Part shown: in pieces, positions 7,984 to 17,020 of the stretch
Layout of the letters: each line of letters begins with the position of its first letter
Position numbering within the stretch: position 1 is the stretch's first letter
NCBI GenBank assembly: GCA_910587645.1
Contig: CAJUNA010000024.1
Location: 25,381 to 89,380, forward strand
DNA length: 64,000 nucleotides
Reading direction: 5' to 3'
Source: an uncultured Oscillospiraceae bacterium
Lineage (GTDB): Bacteria; Bacillota; Clostridia; Oscillospirales; Oscillospiraceae
The notes under the pieces: model-generated
What the model saw: only the letters and a program-made list of their open reading frames with translations
Told to the model about the DNA's origin: nothing
Database searches by the model: none
Translations under genes and position numbers: made by a program

Positions 7984-9402
7984 ATGGCTAATATGCGTCC
8001 AGATAAAAATCCCATGCCCCATCAGGATCCCGTGGTCCGCAGCGGCAACTTTGAAGAGGTAGCCCTGGGCTACACCAAAGAGCAGGCCATCGATGAAGCG
8101 CAACGCTGCCTGAACTGCAAGAATATGCCCTGCGTCTCCGGGTGCCCTGTGAAGATTCATATTCCTGAGTTTATCGCTAAGGTAGCCGAAGGCGATTTTG
8201 AAGCCGCCTACCAGATTATTGCCCAGGACAGCGCCCTGCCCGCCGTCTGCGGCCGGGTCTGCCCCCAGGAGACCCAGTGCGAAAGCAAATGCGTGCGCGG
8301 CATCAAGCACGAGAGCGTGGGCATCGGCCGCCTGGAACGCTTCGTGGCCGACTGGCACAACGCCAACTCTACCGAAAAGCCTGTTAAGCCCGCGCCTAAC
8401 GGCCATAAGGTGGCTGTGATTGGCTCTGGCCCCTCCGGCCTGACCTGCGCGGGCGACCTGGCCCGGAAGGGGTACGAGGTCACCGTCTATGAGGCCCTCC
8501 ACCTGGCGGGCGGCGTGTTGGTGTATGGCATTCCCGAGTTCCGTCTGCCTAAGGCCATTGTCCAGAAGGAAGTGGACGGGCTGAAGGCCCTTGGCGTCAA
8601 GGTCGAGACCAACGTGGTGGTAGGCCGCTCGATTACTATTGACGAGCTGATGGAGCAGGAGGGCTTCGAAGCCGTATTCATCGGCTCTGGCGCGGGCCTG
8701 CCCATGTTTATGCATATCCCCGGCGAGAACCTGAAGGGCGTTTATTCCGCCAACGAGTTCCTGACCCGCATCAACCTGATGAAGGCGTACAAGGAAGGCT
8801 CCGACACCCCCATCATGCCCCTTAAGGGCAAGAAGGTGGCCGTGGTCGGCGGCGGAAACGTGGCTATGGACGCCGCCCGCTGCTCCCGCCGTCTGGGTGC
8901 GGATGTTTATATCATCTACCGCCGCTCTGAGGCCGAGCTGCCCGCCCGTGCCGAGGAAGTGGAGCACGCCAAGGAAGAGGGCATCATCTTCAAGACCCTC
9001 AACAACCCCACCGAAATCCTGGGCTACAATAACCCCGAGGACAAACGCGACCCGAAGAACGGCTCTGTCTGCGGCCTGAAGTGTGTGGAGATGGAGTTGG
9101 GCGAGCCTGACGCGTCCGGCCGCCGCCGCCCCATCGTCAAAGAGGGCAGCGAGTTCGAGATGGAGATGGACTGCGTCATCATGGCCCTTGGCACCAGCCC
9201 CAACCCGCTCATCAAGTCCACTACCAAGGGCTTGGAGATCAACAAGCGGGGCGGCATCATTGTCAATGAGGACGGCCTGACCAGCCGCGAGGCTGTGTAT
9301 GCCGGCGGCGATGCCGTCACCGGCGCGGCGACTGTCATCCTGGCTATGGGCGCGGGCAAGACCGCTGCCAGCGCCATCGATGAGTACCTGGCTAAGAAGT
9401 AA
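7984..9402 (+). CDS. nfnB: NfnB-type NADPH-dependent glutamate synthase beta chain-like oxidoreductase
   Basis: 472 aa with N-terminal Fe-S Cys motifs (CLNCKNMPCVSGCP, CGRVCPQETQCESKC) and two Rossmann GxGxxG motifs (VIGSGPSG, VVGGGNVAMD). Confidence 0.85.
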   Translation: MANMRPDKNPMPHQDPVVRSGNFEEVALGYTKEQAIDEAQRCLNCKNMPCVSGCPVKIHIPEFIAKVAEGDFEAAYQIIAQDSALPAVCGRVCPQETQCESKCVRGIKHESVGIGRLERFVADWHNANSTEKPVKPAPNGHKVAVIGSGPSGLTCAGDLARKGYEVTVYEALHLAGGVLVYGIPEFRLPKAIVQKEVDGLKALGVKVETNVVVGRSITIDELMEQEGFEAVFIGSGAGLPMFMHIPGENLKGVYSANEFLTRINLMKAYKEGSDTPIMPLKGKKVAVVGGGNVAMDAARCSRRLGADVYIIYRRSEAELPARAEEVEHAKEEGIIFKTLNNPTEILGYNNPEDKRDPKNGSVCGLKCVEMELGEPDASGRRRPIVKEGSEFEMEMDCVIMALGTSPNPLIKSTTKGLEINKRGGIIVNEDGLTSREAVYAGGDAVTGAATVILAMGAGKTAASAIDEYLAKK

Positions 9403-9419
9403 ATCCCTACATAGTGCAA

Positions 9420-9454
9420 AGGTCTCTCCGGATGTCTCCGGGGAGGCCTTTTTT
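9420..9454 (+). terminator. Intrinsic terminator after nfnB
   Basis: 12-bp stem AGGTCTCTCCGG / CCGGGGAGGCCT (2 G-U pairs), 6-nt loop, then TTTTTT. Confidence 0.7.
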
Positions 9455-9535
9455 CACTGGGTTTTTGCGGAGTTCTCCCTTGCTTTTTCCGGCAAACCAG
9501 GATATACTATTTTTTAATACAAGGGAGGTCCCGAC

Positions 9536-10309
9536 ATGATTTTACGTATCTTGGCCGTTGGCGATGTGGTGGGCGAGCAGGGGCTTGCCCACTTGGAACA
9601 GAACCTCAGGCCGCTCAAACGGCTCAAGGCCATTGACTTTACTGTGGTGAACGGTGAGAATGCCGCCGTTACCGGCATTACCCCGGAGCAGGCGGACCGG
9701 CTCTATGCCGCCGGGGCGGACGTGGTGACCCTGGGCAACCATACCTTCGGCAAGCCGCAGACCGCCGCCCGGCTGGAGGATGACCCCTATCTGCTGCGGC
9801 CGGCCAACTACACGGGCCGCGCGCCGGGAAAGGGCTGGGGCGTTTATGACTGCGGCCGGTTTCAAATCGGCGTGATGAACCTGATTGGACGCTGCGGGCT
9901 GGATTTTAACGCGGATAACCCGTTTTTGACCGCCAGCAGGATTTTAAAGGCGGACAAGCCCCTGTTTACGCTGGTGGACTTCCACGCGGAAGCTACCAGC
10001 GAGAAGCTGGCGATGGCCTACCACCTGGACGGGCGGGTCTCCGCCATCTGGGGGACCCATACCCATGTGCCTACCGCCGACGAGCGGGTGTTTCCCAATG
10101 GCACCGGGTATATCAGCGACCTGGGGATGACCGGACCCGTGGAAAGCGTTCTGGGCATCCGCCCGGAGCAGAGCGTGGAACAGTTTTTAGGCGGCCTGCC
10201 GGGGCGGTACCAGGTGCCGGACGGGCCGTGCAAAATGCAGGGGGCGGTGTTCGGGCTGGACAGCCATACCGGCCTGTGCGTGGAAGTGGAAAGGATCGAC
10301 ATACGATGA
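9536..10309 (+). CDS. ymdB: YmdB-family metallophosphoesterase (2',3'-cyclic-nucleotide phosphodiesterase type)
   Basis: 257 aa with ILAVGDVVG and VNGENAA motifs and His-rich metal ligands (FHAEATSEK, GTHTHV). Confidence 0.88.
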   Translation: MILRILAVGDVVGEQGLAHLEQNLRPLKRLKAIDFTVVNGENAAVTGITPEQADRLYAAGADVVTLGNHTFGKPQTAARLEDDPYLLRPANYTGRAPGKGWGVYDCGRFQIGVMNLIGRCGLDFNADNPFLTASRILKADKPLFTLVDFHAEATSEKLAMAYHLDGRVSAIWGTHTHVPTADERVFPNGTGYISDLGMTGPVESVLGIRPEQSVEQFLGGLPGRYQVPDGPCKMQGAVFGLDSHTGLCVEVERIDIR

Positions 10310-10767
10310 CGGGTGAACAGATGTGGCGGGACTTCGCGGCGGCGCGGGGCCTGCCGGAGGATACGCCTTACGAAGCCTGGGCCTTTGGCGGTGATCCAGA
10401 CAAGCTGGCGGCGCTGGTGCTGGACGGCGTTAAGACGGCTACCGCCTCCGCGTACCCCATGTATGCGCTGGAAAAAGAGCCGCTGCCGGAAGCGGGGGAG
10501 TACAGCGTCATCCTGGACAGCCGGGAGCAGGCGGTGTGCGTCGTTTTTACGGAGGACGTGTCGGTGGTCCCTTTCCGGGAAATCGGCCCGGAACACGCCC
10601 GCCGGGAGGGAGAGGGGGATTTGTCCCTGGCCTATTGGCGGGACGTCCATGGGCGGTTCTTTAAGGCGGACATGGCTGCGTCCGGGCTGGTGTTTGACGA
10701 GGATATGCCCGTGGTCTGCGAACGGTTCCGGCTGGTCTGGCCGGAGGAAGGAGGGCGCCATGCCTAA
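10306..10767 (+). CDS. ASCH domain-containing protein
   Basis: 153 aa from ATG 10306, which overlaps the ymdB stop (ATGA). Typical ASCH pattern: W.FG......LA.LVL.G.KTAT.S. Confidence 0.75.
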   Translation: MTGEQMWRDFAAARGLPEDTPYEAWAFGGDPDKLAALVLDGVKTATASAYPMYALEKEPLPEAGEYSVILDSREQAVCVVFTEDVSVVPFREIGPEHARREGEGDLSLAYWRDVHGRFFKADMAASGLVFDEDMPVVCERFRLVWPEEGGRHA

Positions 10768-11854
10768 GATCATACACGCCGCCGACTTCCATCTGGACAG
10801 CGCCTTCGGCGGGCTGCCCGTGGAAAAGGCACGGGAACGGCGGCGGGAAAGCCGGGACCTCCTGCGCCGCCTGGCAGACCTGGCCCGGCAGGAGGAAGCC
10901 GAGGTGCTGCTCCTCAGCGGCGACCTCTTTGACGGCGAGCGGGTGTTCCCGGAAACCCTGGAGCGGATGGGGGAGGTGCTGGACGAGCTGAACATCCCCG
11001 TGTTCATCGCGCCGGGGAACCATGACCCGTATACGCCGATCAGCCCCTATGCCCTCCGGCGGTGGCCGGAGAATGTGCATATTTTCAGCAAAGACGCCAT
11101 CGAGGGCGTTGCCCTGCCGGATTTAGGGTGCGTGGTCTACGGCGCGGCCTTTACGGGGCAGGCAAAGACGGAACAGGCCTTGGCCGGGTTCTCCGTGCCG
11201 GAGGACGGAAAGGTCCATCTGCTGTGCCTCCACGGGGACGTGGGGGGCGTGAACGCCGCGTATGGGCCTGTCCTGCGGGAGCAGCTTGCCGCCAGCGGCA
11301 TACAGTATGCCGCTTTGGGACACGTCCACCAGTACAGCGGCGTACAGCAGGACGGAGCCACCGCCTGGGCTTATCCGGGCTGCCCGGAGGGCAGGGGGTT
11401 CGATGAGCTGGGGGACAAAGGCGTCCTGGTTGGCTCTGTGGACAAGGGCGGGGCGCGGCTCCGGTTTGTGCCGCTGTGCCGCAGGCGCTACCGCATCCTG
11501 GAAGCCGATGTGACGGACCGCTCCCCGCGGGAAGCCCTGGAAGCTGTTGCGCCGGAGACGGCGGCGGAGGATATCTGCCGGATAGTCTTTACCGGGGAAG
11601 CCGGGGAGCGGGGCGTGGACCTGCCTGCCTTGGAGGGGGCGTACCGGGACCGGTTCTATGCCCTGGAGCTGCGGGACAAGACGCGGCCCGCCCAGAGCCT
11701 TTGGGCCAGGGCGGGGGAGGATTCCCTGCGGGGGCTGTTTTTGCAGTCCATGAAAAGCCGTTACGATGCCGCGCCGGACAGTGCGGCTCGAGATGAAATC
11801 GCGCTGGCCGTCCGGTTCGGGCTGGCGGCGCTGGATGGGAGAGATTTGGATTGA
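10760..11854 (+). CDS. DNA repair exonuclease, SbcD/YhaO-like metallophosphoesterase
   Basis: 364 aa from ATG 10760 (MPKIIHAADFHLDS), with GDLFD, GNHD and GHVH calcineurin-like motifs. Overlaps the preceding gene by 8 nt. Confidence 0.85.
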   Translation: MPKIIHAADFHLDSAFGGLPVEKARERRRESRDLLRRLADLARQEEAEVLLLSGDLFDGERVFPETLERMGEVLDELNIPVFIAPGNHDPYTPISPYALRRWPENVHIFSKDAIEGVALPDLGCVVYGAAFTGQAKTEQALAGFSVPEDGKVHLLCLHGDVGGVNAAYGPVLREQLAASGIQYAALGHVHQYSGVQQDGATAWAYPGCPEGRGFDELGDKGVLVGSVDKGGARLRFVPLCRRRYRILEADVTDRSPREALEAVAPETAAEDICRIVFTGEAGERGVDLPALEGAYRDRFYALELRDKTRPAQSLWARAGEDSLRGLFLQSMKSRYDAAPDSAARDEIALAVRFGLAALDGRDLD

Positions 11855-12849
11855 TGAAAAAAATTCTGTTAATCGGGACAGGCGGCACAATCGCGTCGGA
11901 AATGGGCGAGAACGGCCTGTCTCCCGAGCTGACCAGCGAACAGCTTTTGAAGTACATCCCCGACATTTCCGGTATTTGCCAGATTTCCTGCCTGCAATTG
12001 TTCAGCCTGGACAGCACCAATATCCAGCCGAAGCACTGGGCCAGGGTGGCGGAGGCCATCCGGGCGCATTACCGGGAGTTTGACGGGTTCGTCATCTCCC
12101 ACGGCACCGACACGATGGCCTATACGGCGGCGGGGCTGAGCTACCTGGTTCAGGGAAGCCCTAAGCCGATCGTGCTGACCGGGGCGCAGAAGCCGATTGG
12201 CTTTGAGACCACCGACAGCAAGCAGAACCTCCGGGACGCGGTGACGGTGGCGGCGTCGGATATGGCGGGGGTGGTGCTGGTGTTTAATGGGAAGATCATC
12301 CTAGGCACCCGGGCCAGGAAAACCCACAGCAAAAGCTTTGAAGCCTTTTCCAGCATCAATTATCCCCTGCTGGGCATGGTGCGGGATGGACGGATCATCC
12401 GCTACATCCGCCCCGAAGCCCGGGCCGTACCCCAGTTTTACGACAAAGTCAATCCCGGCGTGGCGCTGCTGAAGCTGATCCCCGGGACGGACTGCGGCGT
12501 GGCGGCGTACTTGCTGGAGCGCAACGATGCGCTGATTATCGAGAGCTTCGGCGTGGGAGGGCTGCCCACCTACAAGGCCGGGGACTACTACGAGACGGTG
12601 AAGGCCGGGCTGGACGCGGGCAAAACCGTGGTCATGACGACCCAGGTGGAAAACGAGGGCAGCGACCTGTCCGTGTACCATGTGGGCAGCAGCATCAAGC
12701 GGAACCTGCCGATTCTGGAAGCCTACGACATGACGACCGAGGCGGTATGCGCCAAGCTGATGTGGATATTAGGCCAGACCACCGACCGGAATTGGGTGGA
12801 GGAGCTATTTTATACCCCGGTGGCTTACGATATTTTGACAGGGAAATAG
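11854..12849 (+). CDS. ansA: Type I L-asparaginase
   Basis: N-terminal KILLIGTGGTIAS plus HGTDTM. ATG 11854 overlaps the upstream TGA (TGATG); a TTG at 11851 is an alternative start. Confidence 0.9.
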   Translation: MKKILLIGTGGTIASEMGENGLSPELTSEQLLKYIPDISGICQISCLQLFSLDSTNIQPKHWARVAEAIRAHYREFDGFVISHGTDTMAYTAAGLSYLVQGSPKPIVLTGAQKPIGFETTDSKQNLRDAVTVAASDMAGVVLVFNGKIILGTRARKTHSKSFEAFSSINYPLLGMVRDGRIIRYIRPEARAVPQFYDKVNPGVALLKLIPGTDCGVAAYLLERNDALIIESFGVGGLPTYKAGDYYETVKAGLDAGKTVVMTTQVENEGSDLSVYHVGSSIKRNLPILEAYDMTTEAVCAKLMWILGQTTDRNWVEELFYTPVAYDILTGK

Positions 12850-12852
12850 AAA

Positions 12853-12874
12853 ACCGCCCCCGGAAGGGGGCGGT
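12853..12874. terminator. Bidirectional hairpin between ansA and the phosphorylase remnant
   Basis: ACCGCCCCC GGAA GGGGGCGGT. The T-rich run is on the minus-strand side (TTTTCTATTT). Confidence 0.6.
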
Positions 12875-12879
12875 GGGCT

Positions 12880-13565
12880 TTACAGGCGGATGGCGGCTTC
12901 CAGCGCGGCGCGCAGATACGCTTCATAGCTCGAAGCAGGGGTTGCGCCCATGGTGCGGGGGTCCCATACGCTGCCGGCCAGGCTGTCGTCGGCGTATAGG
13001 AATTGATAGGCCTCCGCGCCCCGGAACTGCGCCGCCGCCATGACGGAAGCGCATTCCATGTCTACGGCGATGCATCCCTCCGCCCGGCGTTTCTCCATAT
13101 TGTTCCGCGTCTCGCGGTAAAAGCCATCGGTTGTCCAGACCTTGCCCAGGATGTATGGCAGCGCCAGTTCATCAAATATTTCCGCCAGGCGCCGGTGGGC
13201 AGGATAAAGCGTCCGGCGGCAATGCCTTCATCCAGCGCGCCGCAGGAGCCGTAAAGCAAAACCTTCTTCGCCCCTCTGGCCAGTATGCCCTCCAGCAGGC
13301 ACACGGTACCCGCGCCGCCCATCAGGGAGTGGAGGATCCCTACCCTCCGCCCCTGCCAGCAGAGCGCGTAGACGGGGATTTCCCGCCCTCCGCGCAGAAC
13401 GGCGGCCGGCTCTGCCGGGCAGACCTGCTGCAGAAGCCGGAAGGTGCGATCCTGGAACGTCATAATGACCGTCTCGGGAAAGTTTTCCACCGGCTGATAC
13501 GAGCGCGACAATTTGACCTGTACGATTTCTTCGGAATCGGGGTCAAAGGTATGTATAATGCTCAT
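12880..13565 (-). pseudogene. PNP/UDP-family nucleoside phosphorylase, disrupted by an internal deletion and frameshift
   Basis: The N-terminal part (MSIIHTFDP...GSCGALDEGIAAGRFILPTGA) is in one frame. The C-terminal part (RLAEIFDELALPYILGKVWTTDGFYRETRNNMEKRRAEGCIAVDMECASV...) is in another frame. The junction lies near 13185-13200, and a segment normally present between these motifs is missing. Confidence 0.7.
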
Positions 13566-13575
13566 CCTGCCGCCC

Positions 13576-14178
13576 TCAATGCATCGGTGCGCCGCAGTTG
13601 GCGCAGAATTTTGCGCCCTCCCCGGCCGGGGCCGCGCCGCACACGGGGCAGGCCTTTTGGGCGGCGGGCCGTCCGCAGTTGGGGCAGAATTTCGCGCCCT
13701 CCGGCAGGGCTTCGCCGCAGCCGGGACAGCGGGGCGCGGGAGGTTCCTCCTGGGGCTTCTCCGCAAAGTCGTTGATGTCCAGGGGCTTGCCCAGGAAAAT
13801 GTACCGCTGGATAAAATCAAAAATATCCTGGGGCAGGTTGGACTGGCTGATGGCCCCGACGGCGGCGGTCAGCAGCAGCGGCGCAAAAACGATGTACCCC
13901 ACCGTAGCCGCCCCCAGCTTATCCACCCAGCGGCCCGCGCCCAGGTCTACGGACAGGGAGTCCCCGTACACCTGAAGCCGGATCTGGACGGCCTTGTCCA
14001 TGCCTATAAACTTTTTCCAGTTCTCTGGCTGCCGCGCTTGGATGAAATAGCTGGTTTCGGACTGGCTGACGCCCTCCGTCTCCAAGTGCTTCTGGGTTTG
14101 CAGGTAATCCTCCAGGGCGTGGGCTACGTCCTCCAGGGTAAGATTGCCGCTTAAGCGGAATACCTTAGTGTCCGCCAT
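13576..14178 (-). CDS. Membrane-anchored protein with two C-terminal zinc-ribbon (DZR-type) motifs
   Basis: 200 aa with one hydrophobic helix (AATVGYIVFAPLLLTAAVGAI) and two CPxCG..KFCxNCG repeats. Own promoter; the stop lies 10 nt before the phosphorylase remnant. Confidence 0.7.
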   Translation of the reverse strand: MADTKVFRLSGNLTLEDVAHALEDYLQTQKHLETEGVSQSETSYFIQARQPENWKKFIGMDKAVQIRLQVYGDSLSVDLGAGRWVDKLGAATVGYIVFAPLLLTAAVGAISQSNLPQDIFDFIQRYIFLGKPLDINDFAEKPQEEPPAPRCPGCGEALPEGAKFCPNCGRPAAQKACPVCGAAPAGEGAKFCANCGAPMH

Positions 14179-14226
14179 GTTGCCGTCCTCCGTTCTCCGC
14201 CCTGCGGGCGGTGGTTTGTTGGGCCG

Positions 14227-14255
14227 ATTGTACCACGGCGGCGGGGAAATGTCAA
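14227..14255 (-). promoter_or_regulatory. Sigma-A type promoter (extended -10) for the zinc-ribbon gene
   Basis: Minus strand reads TTGACA, 17 nt, TACAAT, with TG upstream of the -10. Confidence 0.6.
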
Positions 14256-14359
14256 TTTTCCTTCAGGCGGAAAACCCAGAAAAATATCATCCCGCTAAAC
14301 AGGCATGCCAGCCCGTAGCGCAGCAGCATCCCAAAACGCCCTTCCCATTCATATCCGGC

Positions 14360-15250
14360 TCACAGCTCCAGTTTCGGACCCAGCAGCAGCCACGCCACGC
14401 CGCAGAGGGCGCCGCCTACAGGGTAAATGATGACGGCGGAATTCCAGTTATCCCAGCCCAGGCCGAAAACCAGAAAGATTGCCGTGGCCAGCGTCATGAT
14501 GACGCCGCAGGCGGTGGTGGCGCGGCGGCGGCGCTCCTTGTCCTCGGGGGAAGGGTTGTTCTGGCGGTTGTATTTGGGGATGTTGTATTTATCTTCCAGC
14601 ATCCCGCCGTAAATGATGAAGTAGACCGAGCAGGCCACAATCAGCATGAACAGCGCGCCCGCAAGGGATTCATAAGGCTCCCGTTCCGGAAAGACGGTGA
14701 AAAATAAGAGCAGCAGGACCAGGCCGAACAGGATGCCTCCCACGCCGCCCGCGATATACCAAATGTACCGGCGGCGGAAATCCACTTTCTCTTTTTCGGA
14801 GTAAAAGTCCGGGACGGCGGGGTACTGTTTGCGAAAGTTGTCCTCTTCCATACCGCTGGCTACCATGACAACCGCGCTGATTGCTACGATGAGCATGAAC
14901 AGCGCCGCGCTGGGCATCTCGCCGATGCGTCCATAGAGCAGCATCATGACCGCCGTTCCGGCCACGATGGTGGAAACGGCCCCGGCGATTTTGCGGGCGT
15001 AGAGGGTCATGAAGCGGTCGTAGCCCGCCGTGTCCTCACTGAGGGATTTTTCTACGCTGCCCCGCAGGAGGGTGTCCAAATCCGTATGGAACATATCGCA
15101 GAGCTTGATTAAGGTGTCCATCTCGGGGAAGCTTGCGCCGGACTCCCATTTGGAGACAGACTGGCGGCTGACGTTCAGGCGCTCGGCCAACTGCTCCTGG
15201 GTAACGCCCTCCCGGGCGCGGAGAAATTGAAGGTTTTCGGCTAGTGACAT
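14360..15250 (-). CDS. XRE-family HTH regulator fused to a multi-pass membrane domain
   Basis: 296 aa from ATG 15250 (AAGGAGG upstream). N-terminal HTH (LAERLNVSRQSVSKWESG) followed by about 5-6 hydrophobic segments. Confidence 0.8.
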   Translation of the reverse strand: MSLAENLQFLRAREGVTQEQLAERLNVSRQSVSKWESGASFPEMDTLIKLCDMFHTDLDTLLRGSVEKSLSEDTAGYDRFMTLYARKIAGAVSTIVAGTAVMMLLYGRIGEMPSAALFMLIVAISAVVMVASGMEEDNFRKQYPAVPDFYSEKEKVDFRRRYIWYIAGGVGGILFGLVLLLLFFTVFPEREPYESLAGALFMLIVACSVYFIIYGGMLEDKYNIPKYNRQNNPSPEDKERRRRATTACGVIMTLATAIFLVFGLGWDNWNSAVIIYPVGGALCGVAWLLLGPKLEL

Positions 15251-15497
15251 TTTGCATGTCCTCCTTGTCTGTGATGGCTTTATTATAGCCTTGCACGGCA
15301 CGCAACGCCAGGTAGTTGCAGTTGCTTTTCGGTGGATATGATGTAAACTTGCGGTTGCAATGGGGGTTTTCCCGGTTTTTTAAGCCTTTTTTTACAGTAT
15401 ACCACGGCTTGGCGTTTTGCGCAAGTTTTGGCTTTGGGCGCCCCTTTTGAGTAAAGTGTTGCTGGGATATAATTTCGGCAGTTTCTACAAAAGCACA

Positions 15498-15526
15498 TTG
15501 ATACAATGGAAACTATGCGCTATAAT
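15498..15526 (+). promoter_or_regulatory. Sigma-A type promoter for the DUF3267 gene
   Basis: TTGATA, 17 nt, TATAAT. Confidence 0.6.
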
Positions 15527-15563
15527 CAATTTGGCAAATCGAAATTTTACGAGGTGAAACAAA

Positions 15564-16163
15564 TTGATAAAATACGTGAAAAATATTGATGATATAAGTC
15601 AATATCAGTGTGGGAAACTCCCTGCAAATGCGCAAAAGCTTGATACACCAGCTACAATGGATGAGATGATGAAGAAATCGCTTCCTATTGCAGTAATATT
15701 GTGTACCGTTATGTTCTTGACTCTGTTTATTAAAACATTTACAAATAAAGTATTGGCTATTTTTCCACCAGCAGTGTTAGGCGGGGTTTTGATTGGCTTT
15801 TTGCTGCTGATTGTTCATGAATGGTTACATGCTATAGCTTATCCAAGTGTAGCAGAGGTATCCATTGGTAAATTGAAAGGCAAAATGGTTTGGGTTGCAT
15901 TAGCATCTTTTCCGCTAAAAAGAAGTCGATTTATAATTATGTGCCTATTGCCATTTTTACTTGGAATTGTACCCTGGGTGCTATTTATATTATCAGCGTC
16001 ACAAAACACAGTGTTCAATGGATTGATGTTTGGAGTGGCATGTATGGGGATGGTATCTCCATATCCTGATGTATATAATGTTCTTACAGTACTAAAGCAA
16101 GCAAAGAATACTGATAATATCATGTTTTGGGGTGATGACATATATCGTATTTCTTCATGTTAA
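15564..16163 (+). CDS. DUF3267-like putative membrane zincin peptidase
   Basis: 199 aa with a TTG start after GAGGTG. HExxH motif (HEWLHA) embedded among TM helices. The gene is visibly AT-rich relative to its neighbours. Confidence 0.7.
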   Translation: MIKYVKNIDDISQYQCGKLPANAQKLDTPATMDEMMKKSLPIAVILCTVMFLTLFIKTFTNKVLAIFPPAVLGGVLIGFLLLIVHEWLHAIAYPSVAEVSIGKLKGKMVWVALASFPLKRSRFIIMCLLPFLLGIVPWVLFILSASQNTVFNGLMFGVACMGMVSPYPDVYNVLTVLKQAKNTDNIMFWGDDIYRISSC

Positions 16164-16334
16164 AATATCAAGGAAATTCCGGTTTATCGGACAGTCATCC
16201 ATCAACAGGGGATTGCTTGCTTTGGATATTTTGACGTGCAGTTTGACGAAGCGGCTTTTGGCAACACCAATCCGAAAAGGGAACTTTGGGCGCCCCAGGC
16301 CCCGGCCGGTAGAAGAAGAAAGGAATCACCGTTC

Positions 16335-16913
16335 ATGTACAAATTTTTCGCCTATATCTCCAGAATGAAATATATTACCCGATGGTCTCTGATGCGCAAC
16401 AGCGTATCGGAAAACACCCAGGAACACAGCCACATGGTTGCTGTGTTGTCCCACGCCTTGGGGGTAATCGGGAGAGACGTCTTTGGGAAAAATTACAGCC
16501 CGGACGCCTGCGCTGCGGCGGCGCTGTTCCACGATGCGTCCGAAATCTTTACCGGGGACCTGCCTACACCGATCAAATACTACTCCCCCGCCATCCGGGA
16601 CGCCTACCACCAGGTGGAAGCGGAAGCAACGGAAAAGCTCCTCTCCCTGCTGCCGGAAGAACTGAGAGGGGCGTATGCCCCCGTGCTTCAGGAAACCGAT
16701 CCCGAAATCCGCCGTATCGTCAAGGCCGCCGACAAGCTCTCCGCCTATATCAAATGCCTGGAGGAACTGGAAGCCGGGAACAATGAGTTCGGCGATGCCG
16801 CCGGGGAAACCCTGGCGGCCCTGCGCGGCATGCATATGGAAGAGGTCTCCTGGTTCTTAGACCATTTCGCGGAGGCCTTCGGCTTGACATTGGACGGCCT
16901 GCAAAGGGGCTGA
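16335..16913 (+). CDS. HD-domain 5'-deoxynucleotidase (YfbR-like)
   Basis: 192 aa from ATG 16335. Contains RWSLMRN..ENTQEHSHMVA, an HD motif (FHDASE) and a conserved D..K.ADKLSA. Confidence 0.85.
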   Translation: MYKFFAYISRMKYITRWSLMRNSVSENTQEHSHMVAVLSHALGVIGRDVFGKNYSPDACAAAALFHDASEIFTGDLPTPIKYYSPAIRDAYHQVEAEATEKLLSLLPEELRGAYAPVLQETDPEIRRIVKAADKLSAYIKCLEELEAGNNEFGDAAGETLAALRGMHMEEVSWFLDHFAEAFGLTLDGLQRG

Positions 16914-16968
16914 CGGCCGCTTTTGCGGAAAATGTTGGGGAAAAACCACCCCGTTTTGTAAAAAACTC

Positions 16969-16997
16969 TTGCATCTGCGGCGGGATGGTGGTATAAT
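16969..16997 (+). promoter_or_regulatory. Sigma-A promoter of the rimP-nusA-infB operon
   Basis: TTGCAT, 17 nt, TATAAT with a TG-extended -10. Confidence 0.65.
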
Positions 16998-17020
16998 GCC
17001 CTTGTAAGTATGGGTAAACC

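Noticed and set aside
10566-10582. TTTCCGGGAAAT resembling a Noc-binding or ParB-type palindrome
   Set aside because: It is an imperfect palindrome, one base short of the ATTTCCCGGGAAAT type, and lies inside the ASCH coding sequence. A single occurrence is likely coincidental.
13566-13820. Upstream extension of the 252-aa ORF 13062-13820
   Set aside because: The phosphorylase homology begins at MSIIHTF (13565), which has an SD. The extension overlaps the zinc-ribbon gene in another frame and is Pro/Ala/Arg-rich shadow sequence.
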